The notes under the pieces were generated by a model that was not told the DNA's origin, did not search any database, and was given only the letters and a program-made list of their open reading frames with translations. Source: Gemmatimonadota bacterium (GTDB lineage Bacteria > Gemmatimonadota > Gemmatimonadetes > Longimicrobiales > Gaopeijiaceae). Taken from it: a stretch of 64,000 bases of DNA. The first letter of the stretch is position 1. Each line of letters opens with the position of its first letter. Where the stretch lies: the NCBI GenBank assembly GCA_022340755.1, contig JAJDNI010000090.1, positions 15,897 through 79,896 of the forward strand, read 5' to 3'. Positions 45,640-54,482 of this stretch are shown here, piece by piece. The position numbers and the translations under genes were made by a program.

Positions 45640-47331
45640 CTAGGCCTGCCCGTCCTCTTCCACCGTCCGCACCCTGAACGCCTGCGCCGCCGAGGACGGC
45701 GGCGTGTGTGGCGCAGGAATCGTAGACGGATTGCCGTCCCGGAGCGAATGGTAGACCGGCGAGAGGATCTCGATGCCGGCCTCCGCCAGGCTGTCCTGGA
45801 GATTCTCGTGGAGCCTCGAGTAGAGCACCGCCATCCGTCCGGGCTCCTCCGTGCAGGCGTTCAACTCGTAGCTCACCGCGTAATCCCCCAACGCCGTCTG
45901 GAGCACGAAAGGCTCCGGCTTCTGGACGATCCCTTCGGTGCGTCGGGCGGCCTCTTTCATCGCCTCGTGCACGTCCCGCCAGGGCACGTCGTACCCGATG
46001 GTCACCGCGGTATGCAGGATGATGCCACCCTCTTTGGCGGTGGCGCTGTAGTTCACGATGTGACTGCCCAGGACCATGGAGTTAGGGATGGTGATCTCCA
46101 CGTTCTTGGGCGTGCGTAGCCGCGTCACCAGCATCCCGCGCTGCACTACGTCGCCTACCGTGTCGGAGATCTTCACCCGGTCCCCGACGTGGAAGGGCCG
46201 CATGTAGATCATCACCACGCCGCCCACCACATTCGACACCGCCCCCGCGGAGCCGAAGGTGACGAGCAGGCCCATGAAGGCGGCGACGCCCCGGAACGCC
46301 CCGGAGCTGCTGTTCGGCAGATAGGGCCAGATGAGGATGACCGCGAAGGCCAGGGCGAGCACGCGGAAGAGCTTGAAGGTGGGCTCCGCCCAATCGGGGA
46401 AGAACCCGGGGATGCGAATGGTGCCGTTCGCGAGAGCGCTGAACACGAGATGCACCACCCGCAGACCGTAGTAGGTGAGCACCGCGATGACGCCGATGTA
46501 GAACAGGTTCGGCAGGTAGCCCACCACCGCGAAGAGCGCCACGCGCGTGGGCTCCCATGCCATGGCGAGGATGCGACGCGCGAGGATCCGTGTCGGCGGG
46601 AAGAAGCTGAAGACCAGAAGGCCATAGCCGAACACCATCACCGCGGTCAGGAGCAGCCGGGAGACGCGAGCCAGGAAGAGCAGAGCCGCCTCGATGCGCT
46701 CGCCCGACAGGAGCACGAGACCCTGGAAGCGGACGTCCCTGAGCTTGTCCCGCTGGATGTCGCGGATGCGGCGGTAGAGGCGCGGATACCACCGGGCCAT
46801 GAGGCGGAAGAGCCAGTACAGGACCACTGTGGCCAATACGGTCTTGGCCAGCCCGAAGAGGAGGTCCCGCAGCTGCCGGGTGAGCGCGGGGGAGCTCAAG
46901 CCGGACCGAACCATGGCCTCCATGACGGCGCCCGTTTCCGCCATGTCCGTCTCGTGTCCGATGGTATCCTGAGCGGTGACGGTGACCACGATCACGTCAC
47001 CGGACCAGACCTCCACACGTCCGGAGTCCTCCACCAAACGCACCGAGGACGTGTCCGCCCCCTGGGCGCGGAGGCTACGGATGCGCTCCGCCGCCGACGA
47101 GGCGCGCTCCACGACGGAGAACGGGCCCAGCCGGCCATAGAGGAATCCGAGCGTGTCTCCACGCACCACCACCGCCGCGCTGTCCGGGCGAGGCTCGACC
47201 ACCAGCGTGTCTGCAGCGGGGGTGGGGGAGGGGGGCGTGGGCACCTGTGCGCCGACGCGGAACGGCTGGGCCGCCGCGACCACGAAGGACGCGATGGCTA
47301 CGGAGAACGCTCGAGCTCGTGGGAGGGACAT
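45640..47331 (-). CDS. Mechanosensitive ion channel (MscS family) with an N-terminal periplasmic extension
   Basis: It has a signal peptide at the ATG at 47331 and an MscS core (GSAGAVSNVVGGVVMIYMRPFHVGDRVKI). The longer 713-aa ORF adds a non-protein-like N-terminus. Confidence 0.85.
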   Translation of the reverse strand: MSLPRARAFSVAIASFVVAAAQPFRVGAQVPTPPSPTPAADTLVVEPRPDSAAVVVRGDTLGFLYGRLGPFSVVERASSAAERIRSLRAQGADTSSVRLVEDSGRVEVWSGDVIVVTVTAQDTIGHETDMAETGAVMEAMVRSGLSSPALTRQLRDLLFGLAKTVLATVVLYWLFRLMARWYPRLYRRIRDIQRDKLRDVRFQGLVLLSGERIEAALLFLARVSRLLLTAVMVFGYGLLVFSFFPPTRILARRILAMAWEPTRVALFAVVGYLPNLFYIGVIAVLTYYGLRVVHLVFSALANGTIRIPGFFPDWAEPTFKLFRVLALAFAVILIWPYLPNSSSGAFRGVAAFMGLLVTFGSAGAVSNVVGGVVMIYMRPFHVGDRVKISDTVGDVVQRGMLVTRLRTPKNVEITIPNSMVLGSHIVNYSATAKEGGIILHTAVTIGYDVPWRDVHEAMKEAARRTEGIVQKPEPFVLQTALGDYAVSYELNACTEEPGRMAVLYSRLHENLQDSLAEAGIEILSPVYHSLRDGNPSTIPAPHTPPSSAAQAFRVRTVEEDGQA

Positions 47332-47422
47332 GGGCGATAAGCTACGGTCGTGGTGGTTCGACGGGAATTCGGTGTTCGAATTCCGGTGGCCCCACCGGGG
47401 ACTATGCCACATCGTTGTGCCC

Positions 47423-48484
47423 ATGGATACGCACGCTCTTCCCCCACGCAACGAGATGCTCGGCGCCTTCGAGCGCAGGGACCCCACGTACGAGGGCGTG
47501 TTCCTGACCGCCGTGCGCACCACCGGCGTCTTCTGCCGCCCCACGTGCCCGGCCCGTAGACCCCGCCCGCACAACGTGGAGTTCTTCGCGACCTCCCACG
47601 AGGCGCTCCTGGCCGGGTACCGACCCTGCAGGCGGTGCCGTCCCATGCAGCCGCTGGGAGCGTCACCGCGCTGGCTGGAACGCCTCATGCGGGCGGTGGA
47701 AGCGGATCCGACGCGGCGTTGGCGCGACCCCGACCTGCGGTCGCTGGGGCTCGATCCCGTCCGTGTGCGCCGTTGGTTCAAGACTCATCATGGCATGACC
47801 TTCCACGCCTACAACCGCGCCCGGCGATTGGGGCGGGCGATCGGGAGGATCCGCGAAGGAGAGGCGGTGACGTCGACGGCCTTCGACGCCGGCTACGACT
47901 CGTTGAGCGGCTTCAACGACGCACTGCGCAAGCTCGCGGGAGCCTCGCCCACCGACGCGGCGACACGAGGTGACATCGTGCACGTGACCCGCGTCAGCAC
48001 GCCTCTGGGTCCGATGGTGGCCGCCGCAACCGACGACGCCCTATGCCTGCTCGAATTCGCCGACCGCCGCATGCTGCCCACCCAGCTCGGACGCCTCACG
48101 CGCTACGTCCCGGGCGTCCTGGCGCCCGGGGCCAACGATGTCCTCCGCAACGTCGCCTCACAGCTGGACGAGTACTTCGCGGGAGACCGGCAGAGGTTCG
48201 ACGTGCCGATCCACGTGCCGGGCACCGCGTTCCAGGAGCGGGTGTGGGACGAGCTGCGGACCATCCATTACGGAAAGACCATCACCTACGGGACCCTCGC
48301 GCGGCGCATCGGCAGCCCCAGCGCGGTGCGGGCCGTGGGCAAGGCCAATGGTGACAACCGTGTGTCCATCCTGATCCCGTGCCACCGAGTCGTGGGATCG
48401 GACGGCAAGCTCACCGGATACGGCGGTGGCCTCTGGAGGAAGCAGCGCCTTCTCGAGATCGAGACGCGCGTGTCCGGGGATTGA
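47423..48484 (+). CDS. ada: Bifunctional Ada: methylphosphotriester-DNA methyltransferase / AraC-type regulator / O6-methylguanine-DNA methyltransferase
   Basis: It has an Ada Zn-binding N-terminus (FCRPTCPAR...CRRC), an AraC HTH, and a C-terminal MGMT domain with IPCHRVV. Confidence 0.9.
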   Translation: MDTHALPPRNEMLGAFERRDPTYEGVFLTAVRTTGVFCRPTCPARRPRPHNVEFFATSHEALLAGYRPCRRCRPMQPLGASPRWLERLMRAVEADPTRRWRDPDLRSLGLDPVRVRRWFKTHHGMTFHAYNRARRLGRAIGRIREGEAVTSTAFDAGYDSLSGFNDALRKLAGASPTDAATRGDIVHVTRVSTPLGPMVAAATDDALCLLEFADRRMLPTQLGRLTRYVPGVLAPGANDVLRNVASQLDEYFAGDRQRFDVPIHVPGTAFQERVWDELRTIHYGKTITYGTLARRIGSPSAVRAVGKANGDNRVSILIPCHRVVGSDGKLTGYGGGLWRKQRLLEIETRVSGD

Positions 48485-50078
48485 GGGCGGGTAGCCTCCG
48501 CGCGGTCATCGTATCCGGAGCCGAGGCGGTGTCGGGGGGAATCCTCGTAGTGTCGGCCGAGAGAGTGTCCGCCCCGGGCGTGGGGACCCCCATGGGGGTC
48601 ATGGTGGTATCGGGCAGCGCCTCGCCCGTGTCCAACCGGACCTTCAGCGAATCCCGCGGCGCCGAGGTCGAGTCCCCAGGCATGGCGATGTCCTGACCGT
48701 CGGCGGAGTCCACCAGCTCCCAACGCCTGGAGACCGGCACCACCTCGGTGGCCACCCGGATGCGCGGCTCGGTGGCGAAGCCGCTGTGCGGCTCCAGCGC
48801 TCCCTCCGTATAGTGGCTCCCGGGATTCCAGAGTATCCACTCGCGGATGCCCGAGTCGAACGTCGCCTGGATCTCTGCACGCACCTCGGCGGCACCGTAC
48901 GCCGGCTTGCCCAGGCTGAAGTCCTGCAGCCACGGACGCACCGACCCCGCGCCGGGCACCTGCGCGGAGCGTCGGAGGGCGTCGCCCAAGGCCTGCCGGA
49001 TGATCTCGTATGGGTAGGCGTTGGGCTGGTCGTAGCCGAAGCTCCCCTTCCAGTAGTGACTCGGATAGACCATCGGCAGCACCACGTCGACGGACCCGAC
49101 GATGGACTCCCACACTTGGCCGATACCCACGTCGCGCAGGATCGAGGTGGTCACGCCGAAGACGTCCGCCGTCACCTGCGTGCCCAGGTCCGCCAACTGC
49201 TCCCTGGAATAGCTCAGGAACTCGCCGATGACCTGGGCCTTGGTGCGGTGGTCGGCCCCGGGGTATACCAAAAGCGACCTCTTCGCGGCGGGAATGTCGG
49301 GAAAGCGGATGTAGTCCCACTGGATCTCCGGAAAGCCCATCCGGGCGACTTCCCGCGCCAGCGCGACCTCGTAGTCCCAGACCTCGTGGCTGTAGGGGTT
49401 CACCCAGGTGAAGCCCTTCGCGTCCGTGAAGACCTCTCCCGTGGTGTCGTGCACGGCCAGGTCGGGCCTGGCCGCCGTGAGAACCGAGTCCCGCACGATG
49501 ACGATCCGCGCGATGGGGTAGATGCCTTCGTCGTAGAGTCGCCGCAGGAGGCCCGGAAGGTCGCGGATGCGGATCTGGTCGGTGGCCCCGATCTCGTTGG
49601 CCATGGGCACGGCCGACTGATGGCTCACGTATCCGGTCGCGTCCTTGATGTCGATGACGAACGTGTTGATCTCCGTACGTCCCGCCAGCGCCAGGAGATC
49701 CTGGACGCGACGCGCAGAGCCCGCCGTCCAGGCGTTGAGATAGATGCCCCGGATGTGCTCGGGCCGCTCGAAGTGCGGGACCTCGGCAGAAGGAGGGACG
49801 GTGGAGTGCACGGGTGCCGGTTCGGATGCGGTCGGGCGGAGTCCGGCGGAGTCCGGGCTCAAAGCGCCGGAGCCCGAGCCGGTGACGCCGGAATTCGAGC
49901 CGGTGTCGGCGGGATCCGGGCCCACGACAGCGGGCAACTCGGGCAGGGAGGATGCGTCGGCCGTGTCCGCCGGCCCCATTGCGGTCGCAGGCTTGTCGAA
50001 CGCGGACGGACCCGCCTTGCACGAACCCAGCAGGGCCAGGGTCGCCAGCGGTAGGATGAGCCCGCGAAGCCGAATCAC
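48411..50078 (-). CDS. Putative glycoside hydrolase lipoprotein (DUF4015/GHL-type TIM barrel) with a low-complexity C-terminal tail
   Basis: It has a lipobox (LLGSC) and IRGIYLNAW..INTFVIDIKDATGYV. Its 3' end overlaps ada convergently by 74 nt. Confidence 0.7.
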   Translation of the reverse strand: MIRLRGLILPLATLALLGSCKAGPSAFDKPATAMGPADTADASSLPELPAVVGPDPADTGSNSGVTGSGSGALSPDSAGLRPTASEPAPVHSTVPPSAEVPHFERPEHIRGIYLNAWTAGSARRVQDLLALAGRTEINTFVIDIKDATGYVSHQSAVPMANEIGATDQIRIRDLPGLLRRLYDEGIYPIARIVIVRDSVLTAARPDLAVHDTTGEVFTDAKGFTWVNPYSHEVWDYEVALAREVARMGFPEIQWDYIRFPDIPAAKRSLLVYPGADHRTKAQVIGEFLSYSREQLADLGTQVTADVFGVTTSILRDVGIGQVWESIVGSVDVVLPMVYPSHYWKGSFGYDQPNAYPYEIIRQALGDALRRSAQVPGAGSVRPWLQDFSLGKPAYGAAEVRAEIQATFDSGIREWILWNPGSHYTEGALEPHSGFATEPRIRVATEVVPVSRRWELVDSADGQDIAMPGDSTSAPRDSLKVRLDTGEALPDTTMTPMGVPTPGADTLSADTTRIPPDTASAPDTMTARRLPALNPRTRASRSREGAASSRGHRRIR

Positions 50079-50109
50079 GACAGAGATGTCCCCCCCTACG
50101 GGTCGACCG

Positions 50110-50472
50110 TCAGTACGCCGGGAGCGAGGGGTCGACTTCTTCCCGCCACGCCAGGACGCCCCCCCTGAGGTTCAGCACGTTCGGGTACCCCCGCTCCAGC
50201 AGGAGTCGTGCCGCCCACGCGCTCCGACTGCCCGAACGGCAGTAGACCACCACAGTCCGCCCCCGGTCGATCTCGGTCATGCGTTGGTACAGCTCACCGG
50301 TGGGAATGCGAAGCTGGCCGTTCTCGGGGAGGTCGGCGATGCGCCGCTCAAAGTGCTCCCTCACGTCCACCAGCAAGGGAGCTTCGCCCCGATCCAGTCT
50401 GGCTTTGAGCTCGGTGGGCGTAATGTCAGGAAGGTCTGGAGCGTGCATCGTCCGACTTGTGTGGGGGATCAA
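50110..50472 (-). CDS. Rhodanese-like sulfurtransferase domain protein
   Basis: It has the active-site loop CRSGSRS. It overlaps the waaA stop by 4 nt. Confidence 0.85.
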   Translation of the reverse strand: MIPHTSRTMHAPDLPDITPTELKARLDRGEAPLLVDVREHFERRIADLPENGQLRIPTGELYQRMTEIDRGRTVVVYCRSGSRSAWAARLLLERGYPNVLNLRGGVLAWREEVDPSLPAY

Positions 50473-51773
50473 CGACGGACGAGCAGGTCGTCCAGAATCG
50501 AGGCGGTGCGCTCGGCCGCCCCAAGGTGCGCGTCAATATAGTCGTAGGCACGCTTCCCGGCGTAGTCGAGGGTGACGGGATCCGTCAGCCAGCCGCCGAG
50601 CGTTGCGGCGAGAGCCGCCGCGTCGGCGACTTCGACACCTCCTCCCGACGCCATGAGGTCCGCCGCGGCCTTGGCATTGTGGTGGCGGGGTCCGAAAGTG
50701 GTGGGAAGACGCGCGGCGGCCGGCTCCAGCACCGAGTGCAGGCCGGCGCCATGGAACCCTCCCCCGACGTACGCGAGGGTCCCCACCGTGTAGAGGTGGG
50801 CCAGAACACCCACCCGATCCACCACCACCACATCCACTCCCGCTGCGGTTCCCGCTCCTTCGACGTCCGCGAGCGTGGCGGCCGTTCGGCCGCCGGCGCC
50901 GAACCGCCTCACGAGGGAGGTCACCCGCTCGGGACTCGGTTCGTGGGGCGCGAGCACCACGCGGAGCTCCTGCCCGAGCACGTCGAGCGCAGGGGCCAGA
51001 ACGTCCTCGTCCGATGGCCAGGTGGATCCCGCCACTAGAGTGGGTCGTGGAGCGTCGCGGAAGGGCTTCAGGTAGGGAGCCTGGGGATTCGCGGCTCGGG
51101 CCCGTTGGGCCGCCGAGTCGATGCCCGGGTCGCCGGTGACTACCACGCGATCGGCGGCCACCCCGAGATCCGCGAAGCGTCCGCCGTCCTCGGTGGCGAT
51201 GGCGGCCACACGGTTCAGAGCGGCCCAGGTGGGACGCATCAGCGTGCGGGCCGGCCATCGGAGTCTTCCCGCCCCGGGGGGCAGCGTCGCGGCGATGAGC
51301 ACGACGGGAATACGGTTCTCCGCGGCCACTTCGGTGAGCACCGGCCAGACCTCGGTCTTGGTGAATACCAGGGCGTCCGGGCGCAGCGCCTCCACCACTG
51401 GCCGCACGGAGCCCGGGAGATCCCAGGGCAGATACCCCGTCGCGTCCGCAGGCATGGCGTCAGCGAGCTTCTCGGCCGATGGGGAGAAGTGCGTGAAGAC
51501 GATCTGGACCCCCTCCCGCCTCCGTCGCAGCGCCTCGATGACCGCCCGGGCCTGCAGTCCCTCCCCCACCGAGGGTGCGTGGAACCATACGATCGGCCTG
51601 GTCGGGTCCCGACCCTCGCGTCCCCAGCGGGACAGACGTACGTCCGAGCCGCGTCGGCCGGCGATGCCTCGAGCCAGCTTGGCGGGTCCGGCCCCCGGCA
51701 GGACGCCCACCAGAGGACCCGCAGCGCGGACGCCGAGTTGGGCGAGACGGTATGCGACGGACACGACGGACAT
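50469..51773 (-). CDS. waaA: 3-deoxy-D-manno-octulosonic acid (Kdo) transferase
   Basis: The product contains WFHAPSVGEGL and a C-terminal GT-B half (GGSF-like GGGFHGAGLHSVLEPAA). I chose the ATG at 51773 over 51860. Confidence 0.85.
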   Translation of the reverse strand: MSVVSVAYRLAQLGVRAAGPLVGVLPGAGPAKLARGIAGRRGSDVRLSRWGREGRDPTRPIVWFHAPSVGEGLQARAVIEALRRRREGVQIVFTHFSPSAEKLADAMPADATGYLPWDLPGSVRPVVEALRPDALVFTKTEVWPVLTEVAAENRIPVVLIAATLPPGAGRLRWPARTLMRPTWAALNRVAAIATEDGGRFADLGVAADRVVVTGDPGIDSAAQRARAANPQAPYLKPFRDAPRPTLVAGSTWPSDEDVLAPALDVLGQELRVVLAPHEPSPERVTSLVRRFGAGGRTAATLADVEGAGTAAGVDVVVVDRVGVLAHLYTVGTLAYVGGGFHGAGLHSVLEPAAARLPTTFGPRHHNAKAAADLMASGGGVEVADAAALAATLGGWLTDPVTLDYAGKRAYDYIDAHLGAAERTASILDDLLVRR

Positions 51774-51843
51774 GGGCCGAGGATAGAGGCCCGAGAGCGA
51801 CACCGGAAGTGGTCTCCGCTCCGGGAGTCGGTAGATTGCACGC

Positions 51844-52044
51844 ATGAGATTCCAGGTCACCGTCCGCTACGGCGGCCGCTACCAACGCTATCACACGCTG
51901 GTCGTGGAGGCCGCCGATGCCCGGGAGGCACTGGGCCGAGCGGCTCCCCAGATACCCGACGACGTCGCCGCCGAGGCGGACCTAGTGGAGCTGCGCGTCG
52001 CGCCGGATCCGGACGCGCGGCGCTACGTCGGCGAGGAAGGCTGA
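51844..52044 (+). CDS. Small hypothetical protein (66 aa)
   Basis: It is a coding-like, GC3-rich ORF divergent from waaA. I recognised no family. Confidence 0.35.
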   Translation: MRFQVTVRYGGRYQRYHTLVVEAADAREALGRAAPQIPDDVAAEADLVELRVAPDPDARRYVGEEG

Positions 52045-52192
52045 CCGACCGGGGCCGGGTGCTCCCGCGGTCAGCTCGAAGAATAAGGAAGCCGCCCGCG
52101 TACTTCTTGACCGGAACCTTCAGCGACCTGCTAGATCCCTGCCCGCACTCTCGTAGAAGCACATTCACGCGCTGTCACGACAGGAGATCGTC

Positions 52193-53092
52193 ATGGGCCT
52201 CATCATCCTCGCCATCTTCGCCATCCTGGTTGGAGCCGTGATCCGGGGAATGGGACCTTCCTTCGGCAAGACCGCCGGCTCGGCCAGGCTCGTGGGCTAC
52301 GGCTTCATGCTGGCGGGTCTGCTGCTGGTCCTCGCCAACACGTTCACGGTGATACCCGTGGGCGACGTGGGCGTGAAGCACTTCCTGGGGCAGATCGACC
52401 CCACTCCTCTCGAGCAGGGAGTGCACGTCATCAACCCCCTCGCTACCGTCGAGAAGATGTCCATCCGGGAGCAGAACTTCCCTGCGGACGGAAGCGTGGA
52501 GAAGATCGACGCCCAGACCAGCGAACAGCTGAACGTAGCCCTCGAAGTGGCCATCCTCTACCGCATCGATCCGGCGAACGCCCCCGAGCTCTACCAGCGT
52601 CTCGGTTCGGAGAGCCAGATCACGAGCCGCATCGTGCTCAACGCCGTGCGCAACGGCGTTCGCGATGCGGCGGCCACCAAGTCCATCAACGACATCTTCT
52701 CGCCGAACCGCAAAGAGCTGGCCAACGACATGCTGAAGGCCATCCAGGTCAAGGCGGGCGACCGCATCGAGGTGCTGGAAGTCTTCGTGCGGGACGTACA
52801 GGCGCCGCAGAAGGTGCGCGACGCCATCGAGGAAAAGCTCCAGCGGGAGCAGAACGTCGCGGCGGAGCGCTTCCAGACCGAGATCATCCAGGAGAAGGCG
52901 CGCCAGCAGATCGAGCAGGCGAAGGGCATCGCCGAGGCCCAGCGCATCATCTCCCAGGGGCTGACCAGAGAGTACCTCACCTTCTACTACATCGAGCAGC
53001 TGTCCAAGCTGCCGTCGGGCTCGGTGGTGTACGTTCCCACCGAGGGCGGCGTGCCGCTCATGCGGCCGGTGGGAGGTGGCGGCTCCCGCTGA
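52193..53092 (+). CDS. SPFH/band 7 (prohibitin/HflC-like) protein
   Basis: It has an N-terminal TM segment, an SPFH core and an Ala/Glu/Gln-rich coiled coil. AGGAG lies 6 nt upstream of the ATG. Confidence 0.9.
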   Translation: MGLIILAIFAILVGAVIRGMGPSFGKTAGSARLVGYGFMLAGLLLVLANTFTVIPVGDVGVKHFLGQIDPTPLEQGVHVINPLATVEKMSIREQNFPADGSVEKIDAQTSEQLNVALEVAILYRIDPANAPELYQRLGSESQITSRIVLNAVRNGVRDAAATKSINDIFSPNRKELANDMLKAIQVKAGDRIEVLEVFVRDVQAPQKVRDAIEEKLQREQNVAAERFQTEIIQEKARQQIEQAKGIAEAQRIISQGLTREYLTFYYIEQLSKLPSGSVVYVPTEGGVPLMRPVGGGGSR

Positions 53093-53213
53093 TGCAGGGC
53101 TCCGGCCGGGGCACCCAGCTCCTCGCGGCGGCCCCGCGGCAGGGCGTCGAGGCGCCCCGGCCGACCACCCCAGAGGCATCGGCTGAAACCTCCGTGGACA
53201 TCCAGACTAGTAC

Positions 53214-54332
53214 TTGACCGTGAACATCTTCTCCTCCGGGGCAAGGCCCCGTCGCAAGAGGGTCGTCCGCGGGGTCGCCGCACTGGCGGTGTTGGGGCTC
53301 GTCGCCGGCTGCTGGGCCTGCTCGCCCGTATACGTCGTGAAGGCCGGCATCGCGGAGGCGAAGATCCTCCGGGCCCGGCGTCCCATTGTCGAGGTCCTCC
53401 AGGACAGCACCACCACCGCGGATACGAGGGCAAAGCTCGCCTTCGTGATGGAAGCACGGCGGTTCGCCGCGGACAGCCTCGGCTTCAACGTTGGCGACGC
53501 GTATTCGACCTACACCCGGCTCGACCGCGACACCCTCTCCCTGGTGCTGTCCGCCGCGTGGAAGGACCGACTCGTTCCGAAGACGTGGTGGTTCCCCGTG
53601 GTGGGGCGGGTCCCCTACAAGGGGTTCTTCAGCGAGAAGGACGCCAAAGCGGCGCAGGCTGACCTGGAGAAGGAAGGGTACGACACGTACCTGCGACCCA
53701 CCGCCGCGTTCAGCACCCTGGGTTGGTTCAACGACCCTCTGCTCTCGACGATCCTCCGCGCCGACGACGTCGGCGTGGTGGAGACGGTGCTCCACGAGCT
53801 GGCGCATCGGTACCTCTTCGTCCCGGGTCAGGTCGGGTTCAACGAGAGCTACGCCGAGTTCGTGGGCAACACCGCCGCCATCCGCTTCTTCTGCACGCGC
53901 CAGGGGGGCGGCCCCGATACCGTGAAGTGTCTTCGAGCCCAGGCGCGCTGGCGGGACCTCCAGCGCTTCAGCGTGTTCATCGACGGACTCGTGAGCGATC
54001 TGCAGGCGCTCTACAACCGCACCGACCTGGACTCGGCGGAGAAGATCCGACGCCGCGAGGACATCTTCAAAGCCGCCCTCGAGCACTTCTCCCGCGACGT
54101 GGAACCCACCTTCGAAGCACTGAGCTTCCACAGCTTCATCACGATACCGCTCAACAACGCGACGCTCCTGGCTCGCATGCGCTACTACCACCGACTTCCG
54201 GACTTCGAGGCACTCCTGGATCAGCACGGCGGAGACCTGCGGGGGGTGCTCGAAGGGTTGAAGGCGGGGGTGAAGGAGACGGACGATCCCTTCACGCTGC
54301 TGCCCACCGACAGCCCGGCACCGCCCGGCTGA
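53214..54332 (+). CDS. Predicted zinc aminopeptidase lipoprotein (COG4324-type)
   Basis: It has a lipobox (LVAGC), HELAH (HExxH) and NESYAEFVG. It uses a TTG start. Confidence 0.7.
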   Translation: MTVNIFSSGARPRRKRVVRGVAALAVLGLVAGCWACSPVYVVKAGIAEAKILRARRPIVEVLQDSTTTADTRAKLAFVMEARRFAADSLGFNVGDAYSTYTRLDRDTLSLVLSAAWKDRLVPKTWWFPVVGRVPYKGFFSEKDAKAAQADLEKEGYDTYLRPTAAFSTLGWFNDPLLSTILRADDVGVVETVLHELAHRYLFVPGQVGFNESYAEFVGNTAAIRFFCTRQGGGPDTVKCLRAQARWRDLQRFSVFIDGLVSDLQALYNRTDLDSAEKIRRREDIFKAALEHFSRDVEPTFEALSFHSFITIPLNNATLLARMRYYHRLPDFEALLDQHGGDLRGVLEGLKAGVKETDDPFTLLPTDSPAPPG

Positions 54333-54482
54333 CGGGAGGGCCCCCGGGTCTTGGGTCAGCCCCCGCCTATCTGTAGGTTGAGGGTTCTCTGTTGAACCAG
54401 GTTCGAGCCGCTTCTGAGAGCCCCTGGGGGCGACCGCCCGTCAGGCTCCCGACCCGGTCGTTCCGTCCGCATCGTCGCATCC

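Noticed and set aside
54333-54482. T-box or other leader RNA upstream of leuS; the same was considered for metG at 8126-8140
   Set aside because: I saw no specifier-loop/T-box sequence (AGAGA..UGGNACC-type) or terminator/antiterminator pair. The metG gap is only 15 nt.
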